Shown here: piece after piece, positions 50,780 through 64,000 of the stretch
Layout: every line of letters begins with the position of its first letter
Position numbering within the stretch: position 1 is the stretch's first letter
Assembly: GCF_000143415.4 (NCBI RefSeq)
Contig: NW_003314313.1
Span: 1,143,430 to 1,207,429 of the forward strand
Reading direction: 5' to 3'
Length of the DNA stretch: 64,000 nt
Origin: Selaginella moellendorffii
Lineage: Eukaryota > Plantae > Lycopodiophyta
Notes under the pieces: model-generated
Told to the model about the DNA's origin: nothing
What the model saw: the letters and a program-made list of their open reading frames with translations, nothing else
The model's database searches: none
Translations under genes and position numbers: made by a program

Positions 50780-53769
50780 CCAAGGTAGTGTCGCCACTCC
50801 TTGAGCGCCTTGACCACCGCAAACAATTCCTTCTTGTGGGCAGGCCACTTCCGTTGAGCCTTGTCCAACTTCTTTGAGAAGAACGCTACCGGATGGTTGT
50901 TTTGCTTCAAAACTGCGCCCAACGCAAAGTCCGAAGCATCTGTTTCTACCTCAAAGTCCTTACCAAAGTTTGGTAATGCCAATACGGGAGCCTTCCTCAA
51001 CTTCCCTTTGAGGTGGACGAATGCTGCCTCGCATTCCGCTGTCCATACCATCTTCCCTTTTCCTGTTTAGTCCGTTAAGGGCAGGGCTACTCTCGAATAG
51101 TGTCTGATAAACTTTCGATAGTAGTTGCATAGCCCCAGGAATGCCCTCAACTCATGTACATTCGATAGTCGCTCCCATTCCTGGATCGCTTGGACCTTCT
51201 CTGGGTCCACCTTGAGCCCGACCTGGCCCACCACATGCCCGAGAAACTTTACCTCTTGTTGAGCAAAGTCACATTTGCTCTCTTTAGCATACAGTTTGTG
51301 TTCCCTTAGTTTCTCAAACACCTTCGCCAACTGTTCGGCATGCTCCTCTAGCGTCTCTCTATAGATCAGGATGTCGTCGATATAGACAACCACGAAGTGA
51401 TCCAGATAGGGTACAAAGATGTGGTTCATCAGCATCGAAAACGTTGCCGGTGCATTGCATAGCCCGAAGGGCATCACCAAAAACTCAAAGCTCCCATACC
51501 TCGTTCGACAGGTTGTCTTCTCGACATCTTCCTCGGCTACCCTAATCTGGTAGTATCCTGACCTTAGGTCAATCCTTGAGAAGTATTTTGCCTTTCCCAA
51601 CCTATCGAACAGGTCCTCAATCCTGGGCAAAGGGTACTTGTTCTTCTTTGTATACTTGTTGAGCAACCGGTAGTCTATGCACATGCGCATAGATCCATCT
51701 TTCTTTTTCACAAATAACACCGGCGCCCCATACGGCGACTTGCTCAAGCTAACATACCCTTTATCCACCAACTCCTCTAGTTGGTGCTTGAGCTCCTTGA
51801 GTTCTTTCTCGTTCAAACGATAGGGGGGACGAACCACCGCCTCAGCACCCTCGACCAGCTCGATCTTATGTTCTATCGGTCGTGCGGGGGGCAACCCCAC
51901 TAGTAACTCCTCCGGCATGGTATCCTGGAATTGGTCCAACACCCGTTAGATCACTAAAGGTACTTCTTCCGTTCCTGTCTTTTTGTCACTCTTCACCGAG
52001 AGTAAGCAAAAAAAGGCTGCCTTAGTTCCTTTAGTGAGTTGTCCTCTCGTGGACACCAGGTTTAAGCAGGATTTTTTGGCCTTGCTTTGCCCTACCTTTA
52101 GATCCTGGGCCTCCACCCTAGATCTTCTTCCTTGGGCATTCGCCAGTACCACAAGGTTTCTACCTTGCCCATGCAGGGCTACCACGAACTGATTGAACCA
52201 GTCTATTCCGAAGATCACATCAAATCCCGCCATGTCCAACACGGTGAAGTCCATGTCCATTTTCCATGTCCCTATTTTGACTCTCGCTTGTCGAAGTACC
52301 TCATCGGTGCTTTGGCTACCTTGAACAAACTTTATAGTCTTTGGTTCGCCTAGCTGCTACACCGTTAGTCCGGCTTGCCGGACTATGTCTGCAGCCACAA
52401 AATTATCCGAAGCACCCGTGTCAATAAGGATCTTAACAAAGCTACCTCCGAGCTTTCCTCGGAGGGCTAGTAGATGTCGCGAACGACTCTCTACCAAAGT
52501 TGCTTATGTAATGAGTAACTTTGAGTTAGGGACTGGATCACATACCTGAGTTTGGACTTCACCCGATTTGATGGCCATATTGGCTCTGGCCTTCTTCGGG
52601 TAGGGACATTCCCTCGAAAAGTGTCCCGCTTCACCGCAGTTGTAGCATACGTTGTTTCCCACACTGCTATATGACTTGACCTTTTTATCCGTGGGTTTGT
52701 CTCTTTTCGCTTGACTCCCCCACGTACTCACTCGCTGGCCACCGGATTTGCCTTTCTGGAACCCCGAGGACTCATTCTTAGAGAAAATCTTCTTGAATTT
52801 CCCTCTGGTAAACGTTCCCCTTGGTTTGGCCCCTTTGCTAAACGTGGATCCTGACCCCGTCGTGTTCCCCTTTCGCAGGTTATCATTGAAATGCACCTTG
52901 ATAGCCGCATCTAACGCTTCCTTGTAGTTGGTCGGGTTCCACCGCATCACTTCACCGCGACCCCAGGTTTGCAAACCTGATATGAAGGCATGGAACGCAT
53001 CCATATCCCCCATGTCCGTGACAAGTATCCTTTTTGCCATAAACCCATTCACATACTCCTGAATGGTTCCGGTCTGCTTCAGTCTACTCAGCTGGTCCCT
53101 TAGATGCAGAGTAGCATTCGGAGGAACGTAACTTGCGCGGATCCTCGCCTTCATCATTTCCCAAGTGGCCACCGGTCTTTTGTTGGCCTCTATTGTTCTC
53201 CACCAAGACTTGGCATTATCTGCCAAGTATGGTTTTGCACATGGGACCTTCTCCGAGCTCGGTAATCGCAACGCTCGGAAGTAATCCTCCATATCGTAAA
53301 ACCAATCCTCCACCACTTTATAGTCGTTCACTCCCTTGAAGACTGGTGGGGGCTTTGGTTTGTACTTGGGAACTGCCTGAGGGACTGATTCCACTTCGGT
53401 CTGTTCGACCTTGTCTGGTTTTGCCTCAGTCCCTGCCAAAGGGTCTGCACCTTCTGCGCTGCCCGCATCTACAGTCTTTCACTTTTTCTTTAGCTTCTTG
53501 TCACGCTTTAGCTTGCATACGAGAGTCTCTAGCAGGGCATTATTCTGTGCCAATTGTCCTTCTAGAACGTCCAATCGAGCCTTGGACGACCGAACCTTGC
53601 CACCGGACTCCTGTTTGGAAGTTTCCTCACTGGAGTCCTCGTCATGCAAGGATTCCTCATCCATAGCCTCTTGTTCGACCGGAGGCTCCAGCTCTGGCGG
53701 AGGTTCTGTCTCCGCCTGGGTTCGCTTACGCCCTGCCTTTGCCATCTCCCAGCAATCCGCCTCTATCAT
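50780..53769 (-). pseudogene. gag-protease-RT-RNase H of element C, one reading frame with in-frame stops
   Basis: CCHC knuckle CYNCGEAGHFSREC; protease ILIDTGASDNFV; [14 protein letters not shown] and VYIDDIL; RH ETDASDFALGAVL. Stops at 53479, 52504, 52357, 51946 and 51067. Confidence 0.93.
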
Positions 53770-55920
53770 TCGCTAGAACTGAGGAAAAGGCTCCGATACA
53801 AAATTATAAGCCACAAGTTTTGCCTTTCCAATTTGCCAGCTTACCTCGTCTATCCGACCAACTCTGCCTTGGCTTGTGCTAAGTTCCCTCGCTAAGATTC
53901 TTGCCTATGGTACCAACTCCTACTTGGTCCTACTTGATTTCAGCTACTCACTACATGAGCAACGGAGTGTTAGCCACCCATCTACGGATTCCCAAATCTC
54001 TCCCAATCCCCCTCCCCAGGTTAGACTGGACTTAAGGTTCGACTACACTCCCCGCAGGCACAAGCAGCCAAGCACACCAAGCCTCCAGATTCCTAACACC
54101 CCTAGGTACCACAAGACTTGATCATGGGACCCTCTAAATCCCAAGCCTTGGGTGTAGCACTTGCTTCGGGACGTCGGGGCGAAACACTGTGGCCTAACGG
54201 CCCGGTATGGGTACCTCTACCCCCCCACTTCCATCCCGAAGGGAAGGCCCAAGCCCCTAGGAAGGGCGAGGACCAATGAGCCACAAGGTACTCAAGTGGG
54301 GCACCACTCCACCTGAGCCGGGGGCACCGTAGTCGGTTTCCCTTTCGGGAGTGGGAGCTGCTCTTGAGCACTTCCCTGGGTGACCCCTCCGGCACCACCC
54401 AAGCCCATGCTCACTCCCACCCAAGGCCCCTCAGCCCCAATCTCAACCCCAAGTCAGTTTGGAAGCACCATTGGAGAGTTCCTTCAAGACTGGTTCCTGG
54501 ACCTCACTATCCCTACTATACTTTTGGAACCCCCGGCAGCCCCCCCCCCCCCCCCCCCCCCTAGGAGACACACGCTTTGGGCTTTCACCCCTTGAGTTGT
54601 ATTAGTATGTGGACTTAGTCTCAGAATCGATCTCGGACTCGATCTCGGATCCGACTTCGGATTCGGTCTCGAACTCGATCTCGAACTCGATCTCGGACCC
54701 GATCTCGGACTCGACTTCGGACTCGACCTCGGACTCGGTCTCGGACCTGATTTGGATCTCGGACTCCGTCTCAAACTCAGTTTCGAACTCAGTCTCGATC
54801 TCGGTCTCCGATTCGGCCTCGGCTCGATCCCAGACTCTATCTCGAACTCGGTCTCAGAGTTGGTCTTGGACTCAATCTTCGACTCGGTCTTGGACTCGAT
54901 CTTCGACTCGGTCCCATCCGATGAACTCTTTGTCATTTCGGTCAAGCTTTCGGGGATCCTTTAGCCTACGACATCTCGGGGAGTCGGTTCCTTACAATTT
55001 TAGACTCTCCATGGCATCACGGTTGCTAATGGCAACACCCTCGAGCCCCCACTTGATTCTCCACTCCTAGCTGGGATAACCAACCTTGGTTATGCCCTTC
55101 GATTCCTATGGTTCGGTTCTACCCCCTTACTTCTTGCTTTTGGCTTCACACCTTTCCTTCGGTCATTCTCCTCCAAACCAGGAGGATAGCTTTGTAGTTT
55201 CTATTATGCCTTAGCAAATATTCTTAGGGATGAACCTACCTGATATCCTAGGGAGTGGTTCCTCAATCCAGGTATACTCACCCTATAATCCTACACACCG
55301 AGATTACGTTGTTGCTTATGGGCCTTTACATACCCATCGCTAGCCTTGCCAAAATTCTTTTTGGCTTTATCCAATTCGAGTAGACAGTCTTCTCTTGTCT
55401 CTGCCACCTTGGACATTTGGATAGCACCTTCTATCCATCATTCGCTAGGGACTTAGTCCCTTGGGCCTTATTTATTGCCCTCGCGACATCAAACACCACC
55501 TCCTGGTGTTCTAGAGTGTTCGGGTGTCCCAATGACGGCTTCCTTGATAATGAGTATTTCCTTTCATGACATTGACTTACTATATGGCAACATAAGAAAC
55601 TTATCCCCCGTAAGGGTATATCCAACTTCCTTATGCCATTAAGAATCCATGGGTAACTACCTTCTACCCGTTTAACCAATTATTTTGCACCTCTTGCTTA
55701 GTTGCCTCATAGTTGTGAAGTCCTACAACTCATTGCTGGTGCTTCCACACCTCCATCATTATCTGGGTCTCCACACTCCAACTGCATGCTCTGCAACTTA
55801 GGCTATGCCATCCCCATTTCCATTGGGATTCCTTTGGCAAGGGGTTCTCATGAACCCACCAACATAGCCTCAAGGTATCACACCTTGGCACATTTGGTGT
55901 CTCTACACCATCGGCTCCAC

Positions 55921-58900
55921 TGTAGCGCACGTGGTTTTGACCCTTTATCCTATGGTGATTTACCATAGGATAACACCACGAAGCGGAACCTAAACCCTCT
56001 TTGTGCCACGTGACAGATGCCACGTGTCACATGCCACGTGTCCATGCCACGTGTCCACAGGAACCCGAGGTTCAGGGCCTTGGGCCACTGAACGAAGGAA
56101 CGGTGCCAAACTCCCAAGCGTGACGCCAAGGAGTGATGGAACCGGACCACGGAGCAACTCCCGAGCATATAGCCCAAGGAGCGAAGGGACAGGGGCCCGG
56201 AGCGACTTGGAACAGTCCTAGAGCAACCAGCATCCCAATGCCAGGACCAGCACGCAAAACGGAGCCAAACGGAGTCTGGCGCTATTTCGGCATACCGGTG
56301 GCCTAACGTGAGAGTATGGGTACTCCACCAGCTAGCATGGAATGGAACTTGGGCTTAGACCCAAGCCGGACGCAGAACAAGGACAGGCACGCAAGCGGGA
56401 GCTAGACTATGCCTCAGGTTGGTCGGCCATGCCCGACCTACCCACTATCCCTACTATACATTAGGAACCCCCCACAGCCCCCCCCCCTTGAGGAACACAC
56501 GCTTTGGGCTTTCACCCCAAGCCTCCCTTAGTATCAGGAGTTAGTCTCTGGGACAAACTCAAAACTTACTAAATATGGAATGTCCTTAGATTGTGAATTT
56601 GGACACGGGACGAACACCATTGTGTTCAGGCCGATCTCTACATTCCGTAGATATGCCAAATGAGCAAATCTGGACACTTTCCATAAATAGCATTTGGGAC
56701 CAAAATGAGACTAACACAAAGGGCATGATAGCGAGGGTGTTTGGCAGACACGGTAAGCTATCATCTAGCGAATATTGAGGGACCAATCTCAATATCGCGG
56801 GGGTTCCTAACACTAGCAAGTGCAAGCCAACATCATGAGTTTCTCATCACCGTGTCAAGTCTGCTTGACTAAATGACAACTTAGGATTTCCTTCCTTAGT
56901 GCCCTTCCGGTCTAAGTGCACATGTGATGACCAGTTTCTCAACTAGCTTAGGTGGAAACTGATAACGGGTCCAGCAATACCGACCTCCTGCCATCGTGGC
57001 AGTAAGGTAAGAGTGTCCGTAAGGACTAGCCGATAGGTAACTTTCGATACCCGATGTCACATGCGCGACACTCTCCCCCCCTTGGGAAGATCGACGTCCT
57101 CGTCGATGCATACTCCAGTCTAGAATACCGCCAAGGAAACAACTCCATAAAAAGTTCACGGTACTCACACTATGTGAGAAATGCACCAACTTAAATGAGT
57201 TAGGGGGCAACCTCTTTGTCTAACGCGGATGCGCTACCAGCTCAGACACCTTCCGGCCGTCGCCGACAAGGAAATGACCAACGGAGTCAGCCACCCCTGC
57301 TACTCTGGGAGTCACCCAGCTTACAAAAGTGTGATATGCCCTGCCCGCAGGGACATAGAGAGAGAAGCCAGAGGCCCCAACCCTCCTGAGCAAAGAAACC
57401 AAACCCGTCGGTAAGGTTTAGATAGACTACTGTCAACAGGCAGTTTAGAGTTGTTTACACGGTCACGCCCTTTCAACGAAATAAAGAACATCGACAGAGA
57501 GGTGGGTTATGTGACCAGTTGACAGTAGCTACCCCATGACTAGAGATTTCACCATACACACGAAGTGCCGAAGCCAGTCTGCCTATACTGGCCCAAACTC
57601 AAAGAGCAATAGATGGACAATATCAAAGTCAGAGACAATGATATCTGAGAAGCTTAATTACTAGTGATTATATCTTAGAGTAGAACACAAAAGTATTCTA
57701 AGCAAGTTATCATCCGATAAACCAGTAGTATTGTAGATAGGAACCACCAACAGATTATCATAATTTGGCAAACACAGGAATGACCATCCAACAAAATTCA
57801 ATAGCTAGTATATCATTAAGGAAACTCAATGATGAAACTTAATTATCGAAGATAGTAGACAGTAAGACAACAACTTACTAGAGAGAACTCAAAGAACACA
57901 AAGTATCATTGACTAACAAGCACAATGCTCGCGAATGTATCACCTAAAGGAAATAACATCCAAATCTATCAAAACTAACTCGAGCAACAATCAACAGAAG
58001 AAAATGAATGTGGTAAGACCAACAAACACTCATTCCTGCCAACTATCACAAAAGCCAATCTGAATAGATCCCAGCCAACAATACCAAGGAACTCAAGTTG
58101 CCTAAGCAAGTGTCAGCAACATCCTACTGACGTCTCAAACCCAAGAGACCAATCCAGGCAAACCACAAAGAATATGTGGTATTGCGAAAAGGCATAAGCT
58201 ATCAAAGAGAACAACTAACCATCATGAAAGATCATCAATCATTCCATCAATAAAGAGATGCATAATCATCGTTTAAGAAGGAATCCACCATCCCGAAGAA
58301 CGGCAAACCATTCTATACCAACAATAATCAAGCAAAACTTTTTGACATGGATAATCAATTATCCTAGATGATAGTCAATCATCACCAATGATTGCTAGAT
58401 GCAAATACTAACTTCAACATCAAAGCTAAAGAGCCAAAAAATGCCTTCCCCAACAACTTTTAACAAATGGAACAATGAGCATAAAACTCAAAGAACCAAA
58501 GCTCGAAGAAGCCTATAGCTAAGTCTTGCTTAATAATGATCACGAGTCTCATAGAAGCTAACTTCAATGCTAAAGAAGAAATCATGGTGCAACCCACAAT
58601 GTCTTCTTCAACACATTCATAAGCCAAACTTCATAATGCCAAAGCTAATGAAGAGCATTTCTGCATCAATCCAAAAGCTAAGCACAATGGAGCTATGCTC
58701 AACAAGTGATCACTAAATGATCCTCCATGAATCCATCTATAGCAAGACGTAACTCACTTCATAACAAGCACAAGAAAAATCATTAATGATTGATATATCT
58801 CAATTGAAATCCAAGAAGGATTTAATCACTTCAATGCCAATCACTAACTCTTCCTCTCATAGAGGTAGCATTGTCCACGACTAAATCACCTTTCAAGGAA

Positions 58901-61900
58901 AAGCTAAAGCTCAATCCTCTACTAAATAATCTCGTCTAGAACACTACTAACTCAACTTGCCACTCAGTTTGTTTGAACGTCAACACAGTTGCTAACTAGC
59001 AAATGCACGAATGCCAACAACATAAATCTATAGCCAAATCATCAACACTATATTCATCAAGACTAATGAAACTCAATATCAATCCTTAGAAGGATAGCTC
59101 ATTTCACTCAAGTCTCAATATCAACAATGTCAACGACAAAGCATCACTTCAATGCCATCAACATCAGGACAAAGCTAGAAGAAAGCAAGAGTGAATCACC
59201 ACTCGGAGCTTTCCAGCAACCAAGCTAACCAAAGTCGAAGATACTATACTTAGTATCCGAGACCAATCCGTTAGCAAAACTCAGTGACAGATAACACATC
59301 ATCAAGGAGTGAATCACCACGTCCAAGACTCAATGAAATCCAACACTATAGACCAAATGTAACCAAATGATATCGACAAAGGAATTGATATGCCACCATG
59401 GAAAAACCATGTCAGCCTAATGACACGATCCTCCGCAACACCATCCAGTAAAGCAAGCCCATCACTGCTAAATCATCATCGAGCAAAGCAAGTATCAACA
59501 GTCTTTTTGACAAAGTCTACAAGTAATCACTAGTCGCAAAGCAACTAACAATCACCCCTCAACTTGCCTTCACAAGACCCAAACACCAACTCTTGTCATC
59601 AAGTTATATACTTATCTAGCATAAACATAATACCTCAAACATGAGATAAAAGTTCATGGACAAGCACAAACTAAATGACCACTCGAATCCAACTCAACCG
59701 CAATAAGCTCACCAATGCATTTAGTCAATAGCTCTGAGCATGCCTTGAAGAGGCTAGCTATGTGATCAACACTCAGTCGAAACTAAAGTGAAGACCATGA
59801 GATGGACTCATATCGGTACACAACCTCCTCATAGACAAAGCTATAGTACGGGTACCAACATCTCAGCTTGCAAACAACTAAGTTGGACATCACCATCCTC
59901 AGCCAAGGCGCAGGGCCACCAAGACCAAGTCAAGATCAGTGAGAGCTCACTACTCTCATAGAGTCTAACGTAATGCAAGGTGCAACCTGCCACCAAGCAT
60001 AACGCTACAAAAGAAAGGTACAAGGGTCACCTTTCTGAGAAAAGTGCAACAACCACTTTTCTACACCAACTCCAGACTCTATCCAACTCAATTGCCTTAG
60101 CCCCAAAAGTTAGCATCCCTTTCGGGTCGCATCATACAAACTACCTACTAAGATCTAAGCCAACCGAAGTCAACTCCAACCCCTTCACTAGTTTGTACTG
60201 GCTTTCGAAAATGGAATGGTTTTCGGACAAAATGATCAATAGATCAGCCATTGGAAAAGTCTAAGAAAATTTGTGGAAAATTTCCATCCTAGAGAAAGAA
60301 TGACTCTCAGTCCAGGATTGCAAACTTTCAAGACTCAACCAACTTCCTCCTACCAACAACTCCACATAGGTTCACCTCAACAAAAATTCTCATGATCCAA
60401 AAATATGCTTAAGCATCGAACATCTTTGCCCATTTAACCGATATCCAACACCGACATCCGCAAAGTGCTAAATGAATATCTAAAACTTGATCACGAAGAC
60501 CACATCTTTGGATATCCACATTGCACTAACACTCTTCTTCAATCACCTTCAAGATTCAATGTGAAGTCAAAACACTAACAAGAAAAATGACATGGAAAAT
60601 CAAGCTCTAAGGAAAATTCCTCATCACTCGAATCAACAATGCCACTTCCACTAACACAAGTGCTAGCGATGTCAATGCATCAACCTCACACCTTCTCCAT
60701 CCAATAATCTACTCCAAGTGCTAACGGATCAATAGATGAGCTATAGCAAATGAATGCTACAACCCATTCCCAACACCTTATGGGCAAACCCTCAAGGAAA
60801 CAAGGTACCAACATAAGCTTAGCATAATGAACCACCATCGAGAATCCAGTCAAAGCTACTACAATGCTACTTCGTGCAAGTAGACTAGCTTCTCCATCAA
60901 CCACTTTGGGGGTTGATCATCATTTATCCAAGCAACTTCGTAAACACATTGCTCATTATCACATGGATATGATATAAATCACAATGACTTGATCATCAAT
61001 CAAGCAACACTATGAGCAATACCCATGTCACTACTGCAAAGGTTTATGTGAGTATCAAGTGCCAACTCAATTCGACAAAATGCAACATAAATGCCACACT
61101 CCACCGATAGAGATTTACAACACCCAACATCACAAACTTTTGTTCACAACACAGACAAGCTCATGCCACTCTCTTTCTGACCAATCTTAAAACTAATCCA
61201 ACACCAAGCTACTCAAGGAGCAATAGCAAGGTTCCCCGGAAAAGAATTGAGCATTGCAACCCAAGTCTTCCAATAGCGAGCTTAGACAAAATGGTATAGC
61301 ACTTCACCACTATCCATCCCACAACTCACCATTGTAAGACTACCATCTCCAACATGCATCAAGATAGGGACTCTTGATTGCATGATGTGAACACAAGCAA
61401 ATGAGTTAACACCTCGTTGCAAATCATCTCTCCGAGAAGAGGAAATGATTTACGTATTTGATCCTCCGTCCCTGATGACTCTCTTTTCGGTCTCATCTTT
61501 GACCAAACCTCAAGCTTGCTTTCGCACTGCCTTCAGTTCAATCGAAGAAAAGTTTATGAGAGAGCACGGCGATGATTACTTGAACCAATAGATTAATCCC
61601 TATAGTCTTGATTGATCCACTTATAATCATGCCTAGGAAGGATCCACTAGTGCCGTGCTAAACAGCTACGGACTAGCCTATTTGCTACTCATAGCAAACT
61701 CAAGGAAAGTTTATTTTCACCCATGGTACATGGAACAACTCATGGAACCAACAATAGGCTAACATTAATCCTGCCAACTCAAAGTGTAACCTCGAGTTGC
61801 TAATGTGCCTCACTCACGAGCCCAAGCGCAAACTCGTGTAATGGAACAACTCAGTCCACCCTATGAGCCCAAGAGCAAGCTCACATAATATGGAACAAAA

Positions 61901-63206
61901 AGGTAACCAAAACCTATCCCAAGGAACGATTGCGAAGTCTTTGCACCAAAACGTGTACCCACTCGGATCATCGTTTTCATCTCTGCGTATGCAACGAGAC
62001 TAGTTGCCCAATCTCATTGGATAGTACTCGCCGAGACTCATTCTCTGATACCAAATGTAGCGCACGTGGTTTTGACCCTTTATCCTATGGTGATTTACCA
62101 TAGGATAACACCACGAAGCGGAACCTAAACCCTCTTTGTGCCACGTGACAGATGCCACGTGTCACATGCCACGTGTCCATGCCACGTGTCCACAGGAACC
62201 CGAGGTTCAGGGCCTTGGGCCACTGAACGAAGGAACGGTGCCAAACTCCCAAGCGTGACGCCAAGGAGTGATGGAACCGGACCACGGAGCAACTCCCGAG
62301 CATATAGCCCAAGGAGCGAAGGGACAGGGGCCCGGAGCGACTTGGAACAGTCCTAGAGCAACCAGCATCCCAATGCCAGGACCAGCACGCAAAACGGAGC
62401 CAAACGGAGTCTGGCGCTATTTCGGCATACCGGTGGCCTAACGTGAGAGTATGGGTACTCCACCAGCTAGCATGGAATGGAACTTGGGCTTAGACCCAAG
62501 CCGGACGCAGAACAAGGACAGGCACGCAAGCGGGAGCTAGACTATGCCTCAGGTTGGTCGGCCATGCCCGACCTACCCACTATCCCTACTATACATTAGG
62601 AACCCCCCACAGCCCCCCCCCCCTTGAGGAACACACGCTTTGGGCTTTCACCCCAAGCCTCCCTTAGTATCAGGAGTTAGTCTCTGGGACAAACTCAAAA
62701 CTTACTAAATATGGAATGTCCTTAGATTGTGAATTTGGACACGGGACGAACACCATTGTGTTCAGGCCGATCTCTACATTCCGTAGATATGCCAAATGAG
62801 CAAATCTGGACACTTTCCATAAATAGCATTTGGGACCAAAATGAGACTAACACAAAGGGCATGATAGCGAGGGTGTTTGGCAGACACGGTAAGCTATCAT
62901 CTAGCGAATATTGAGGGACCAATCTCAATATCGCGGGGGTTCCTAACACTAGCAAGTGCAAGCCAACATCATGAGTTTCTCATCACCGTGTCAAGTCTGC
63001 TTGACTAAATGACAACTTAGGATTTCCTTCCTTAGTGCCCTTCCGGTCTAAGTGCACATGTGATGACCAGTTTCTCAACTAGCTTAGGTGGAAACTGATA
63101 ACGGGTCCAGCAATACCGACCTCCTGCCATCGTGGCAGTAAGGTAAGAGTGTCCGTAAGGACTAGCCGATAGGTAACTTTCGATACCCGAAGTCACATGC
63201 GCGACA
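55921..63206 (-). mobile_element. Element D: complete, very young non-autonomous LTR retroelement (LARD-like)
   Basis: LTRs 55921-57070 and 62056-63206 are nearly identical; TSD TCCAC at 55916-55920 and 63207-63211. iMet PBS TGGTATCAGAG 62043-62053 and PPT 57071-57083, both on the minus strand. The 5-kb internal region lacks long ORFs. Confidence 0.95.
56005..56057. promoter_or_regulatory. Cluster of 4 G-box/ABRE motifs (GCCACGTG) in the D LTR; copy at 62140-62192
   Basis: gccacgtgac..gccacgtgtc..gccacgtgtcc..gccacgtgtcc at 13-14 bp spacing. Confidence 0.65.
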
Positions 63207-64000
63207 TCCACGAGCCTACCTCTATGACACTTCTTCTTTGTGTCTAAGTCTTTGCCAAGACCAATACCACTCTTTCTCATGCCAACCATCCGTTAGCACT
63301 GCACTATAGAGGTCACACACAACTTTGTTTCAAAGTTGTTTTCTTTTGGGAACACCCTTCCCACGACTTTAGCATGGCACATTTTGCCATCGATGAGATA
63401 CCCTCTGTTCTCATCCTTGGATCCTATGATCCCCCCCATCCTTCGTGGGGTACCACACACTTCAGTCCAAATGCTTCTATCAGTCCTTTAGGACCATTCC
63501 TTGACTCTACTTGAGTTATCTAGCAGTTTTGGACTTGGTTAATCCATAGACCCGTAAGGTCCTACTTGTCGGGCACTAACTCATTGGAATACACTTCTTG
63601 CATTCATGTCCTCACTCATAAGGACTATTTTCACAAGTGTTACTTCGACACTTGATTTTGTTCTCTAGGGCAACCTTTGCCCCTTAGGACTACTTGTCCA
63701 TGTGATGAGAATACCAACTCATCTCTAAGTACACCCCCCAACTCCTTGTGTTGTTCCAGTATTTATTAAAGGTAGCCCCGGCTACCATTTCAAGGACTTG
63801 AGTCCTCTTCCGTATTTGACCTCCCACAGTCATTACTTCTGGTCTCACATTCATGAGCACCAACCTCAACTATATGAGGATAATCTTGTGACTCCTTTAT
63901 TGCTTTGGAAGCTCTATTTCGTTAAAGTGGGATTTATTCAGTAAAATGGGACTAGGTACAAATTTTCAAGTATTTGAAAATGACATGAAATTATATGTTT

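Larger units (their letters stand above)
39524..54996 (-). mobile_element. Element C: Ty3/gypsy chromovirus, full-length but inactivated, interrupted by B
   Basis: LTRs 39524-40680 and 53805-54996; TSD ATTTT at 39519-39523 and 54997-55001. Mutated iMet PBS 53790-53801 and PPT 40681-40692. Domain order gag-PR-RT-RH-INT-chromodomain. Confidence 0.95.
35593..63917 (-). mobile_element. Element A: non-autonomous LTR retroelement (LARD-like), host of insertions C and D; 5' end not in window
   Basis: LTR 35593-37330 (TG..CA) with adjacent PPT. Internal segments 37331-39523, 54997-55920 and 63207-63917 are reverse-complement homologues of the B internal region and rejoin across the TSDs. Confidence 0.85.

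Noticed and set aside
61472-61500. CTGATGA as a hammerhead (retrozyme) core in element D
   Set aside because: No properly placed stem II/GAAA, and it lies antisense to the element.

Overview
Plant nuclear genomic DNA, most likely the lycophyte Selaginella. This is inferred from ~45-70 bp introns, ~100 bp intergenic gaps and a PLS-class PPR gene. Bases 1-35.3 kb form a very gene-dense block. It holds the 5' part of a SPIRRIG-like BEACH gene, a polyproline/PPR gene, a PLS-E PPR, diacylglycerol kinase, an AIF/FSP1-like oxidoreductase, a COMM-domain micro-ORF, mitochondrial lipoamide dehydrogenase, a UBC E2, a GRX-like protein, exportin-1, a GH17-X8 glucanase, an X8 protein, TRAX, an ADP/ATP carrier, and a Crinkler-like P-loop NTPase + putative restriction-endonuclease-fold gene. 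Bases 35.6-64 kb are a three-level nest of Ty3/gypsy LTR elements. Non-autonomous element A hosts chromovirus C (TSD ATTTT) and a very young non-coding element D (TSD TCCAC). C is itself interrupted by B, a relative of A (TSD CCAAG). The most notable findings are: (1) the chromovirus integrase is split by two canonical short GT-AG introns whose removal exactly restores HPQTDGQTER and RFVGPY; (2) the autonomous and non-autonomous families share covarying multi-hairpin RNA structures, including two tRNA T-loop-like hairpins; (3) the Crinkler-like NTPase/nuclease gene has possible alternative header exons; (4) several gene runs are spaced like operons, including a possible TRAX-AAC co-transcript and two genes with overlapping stop codons.
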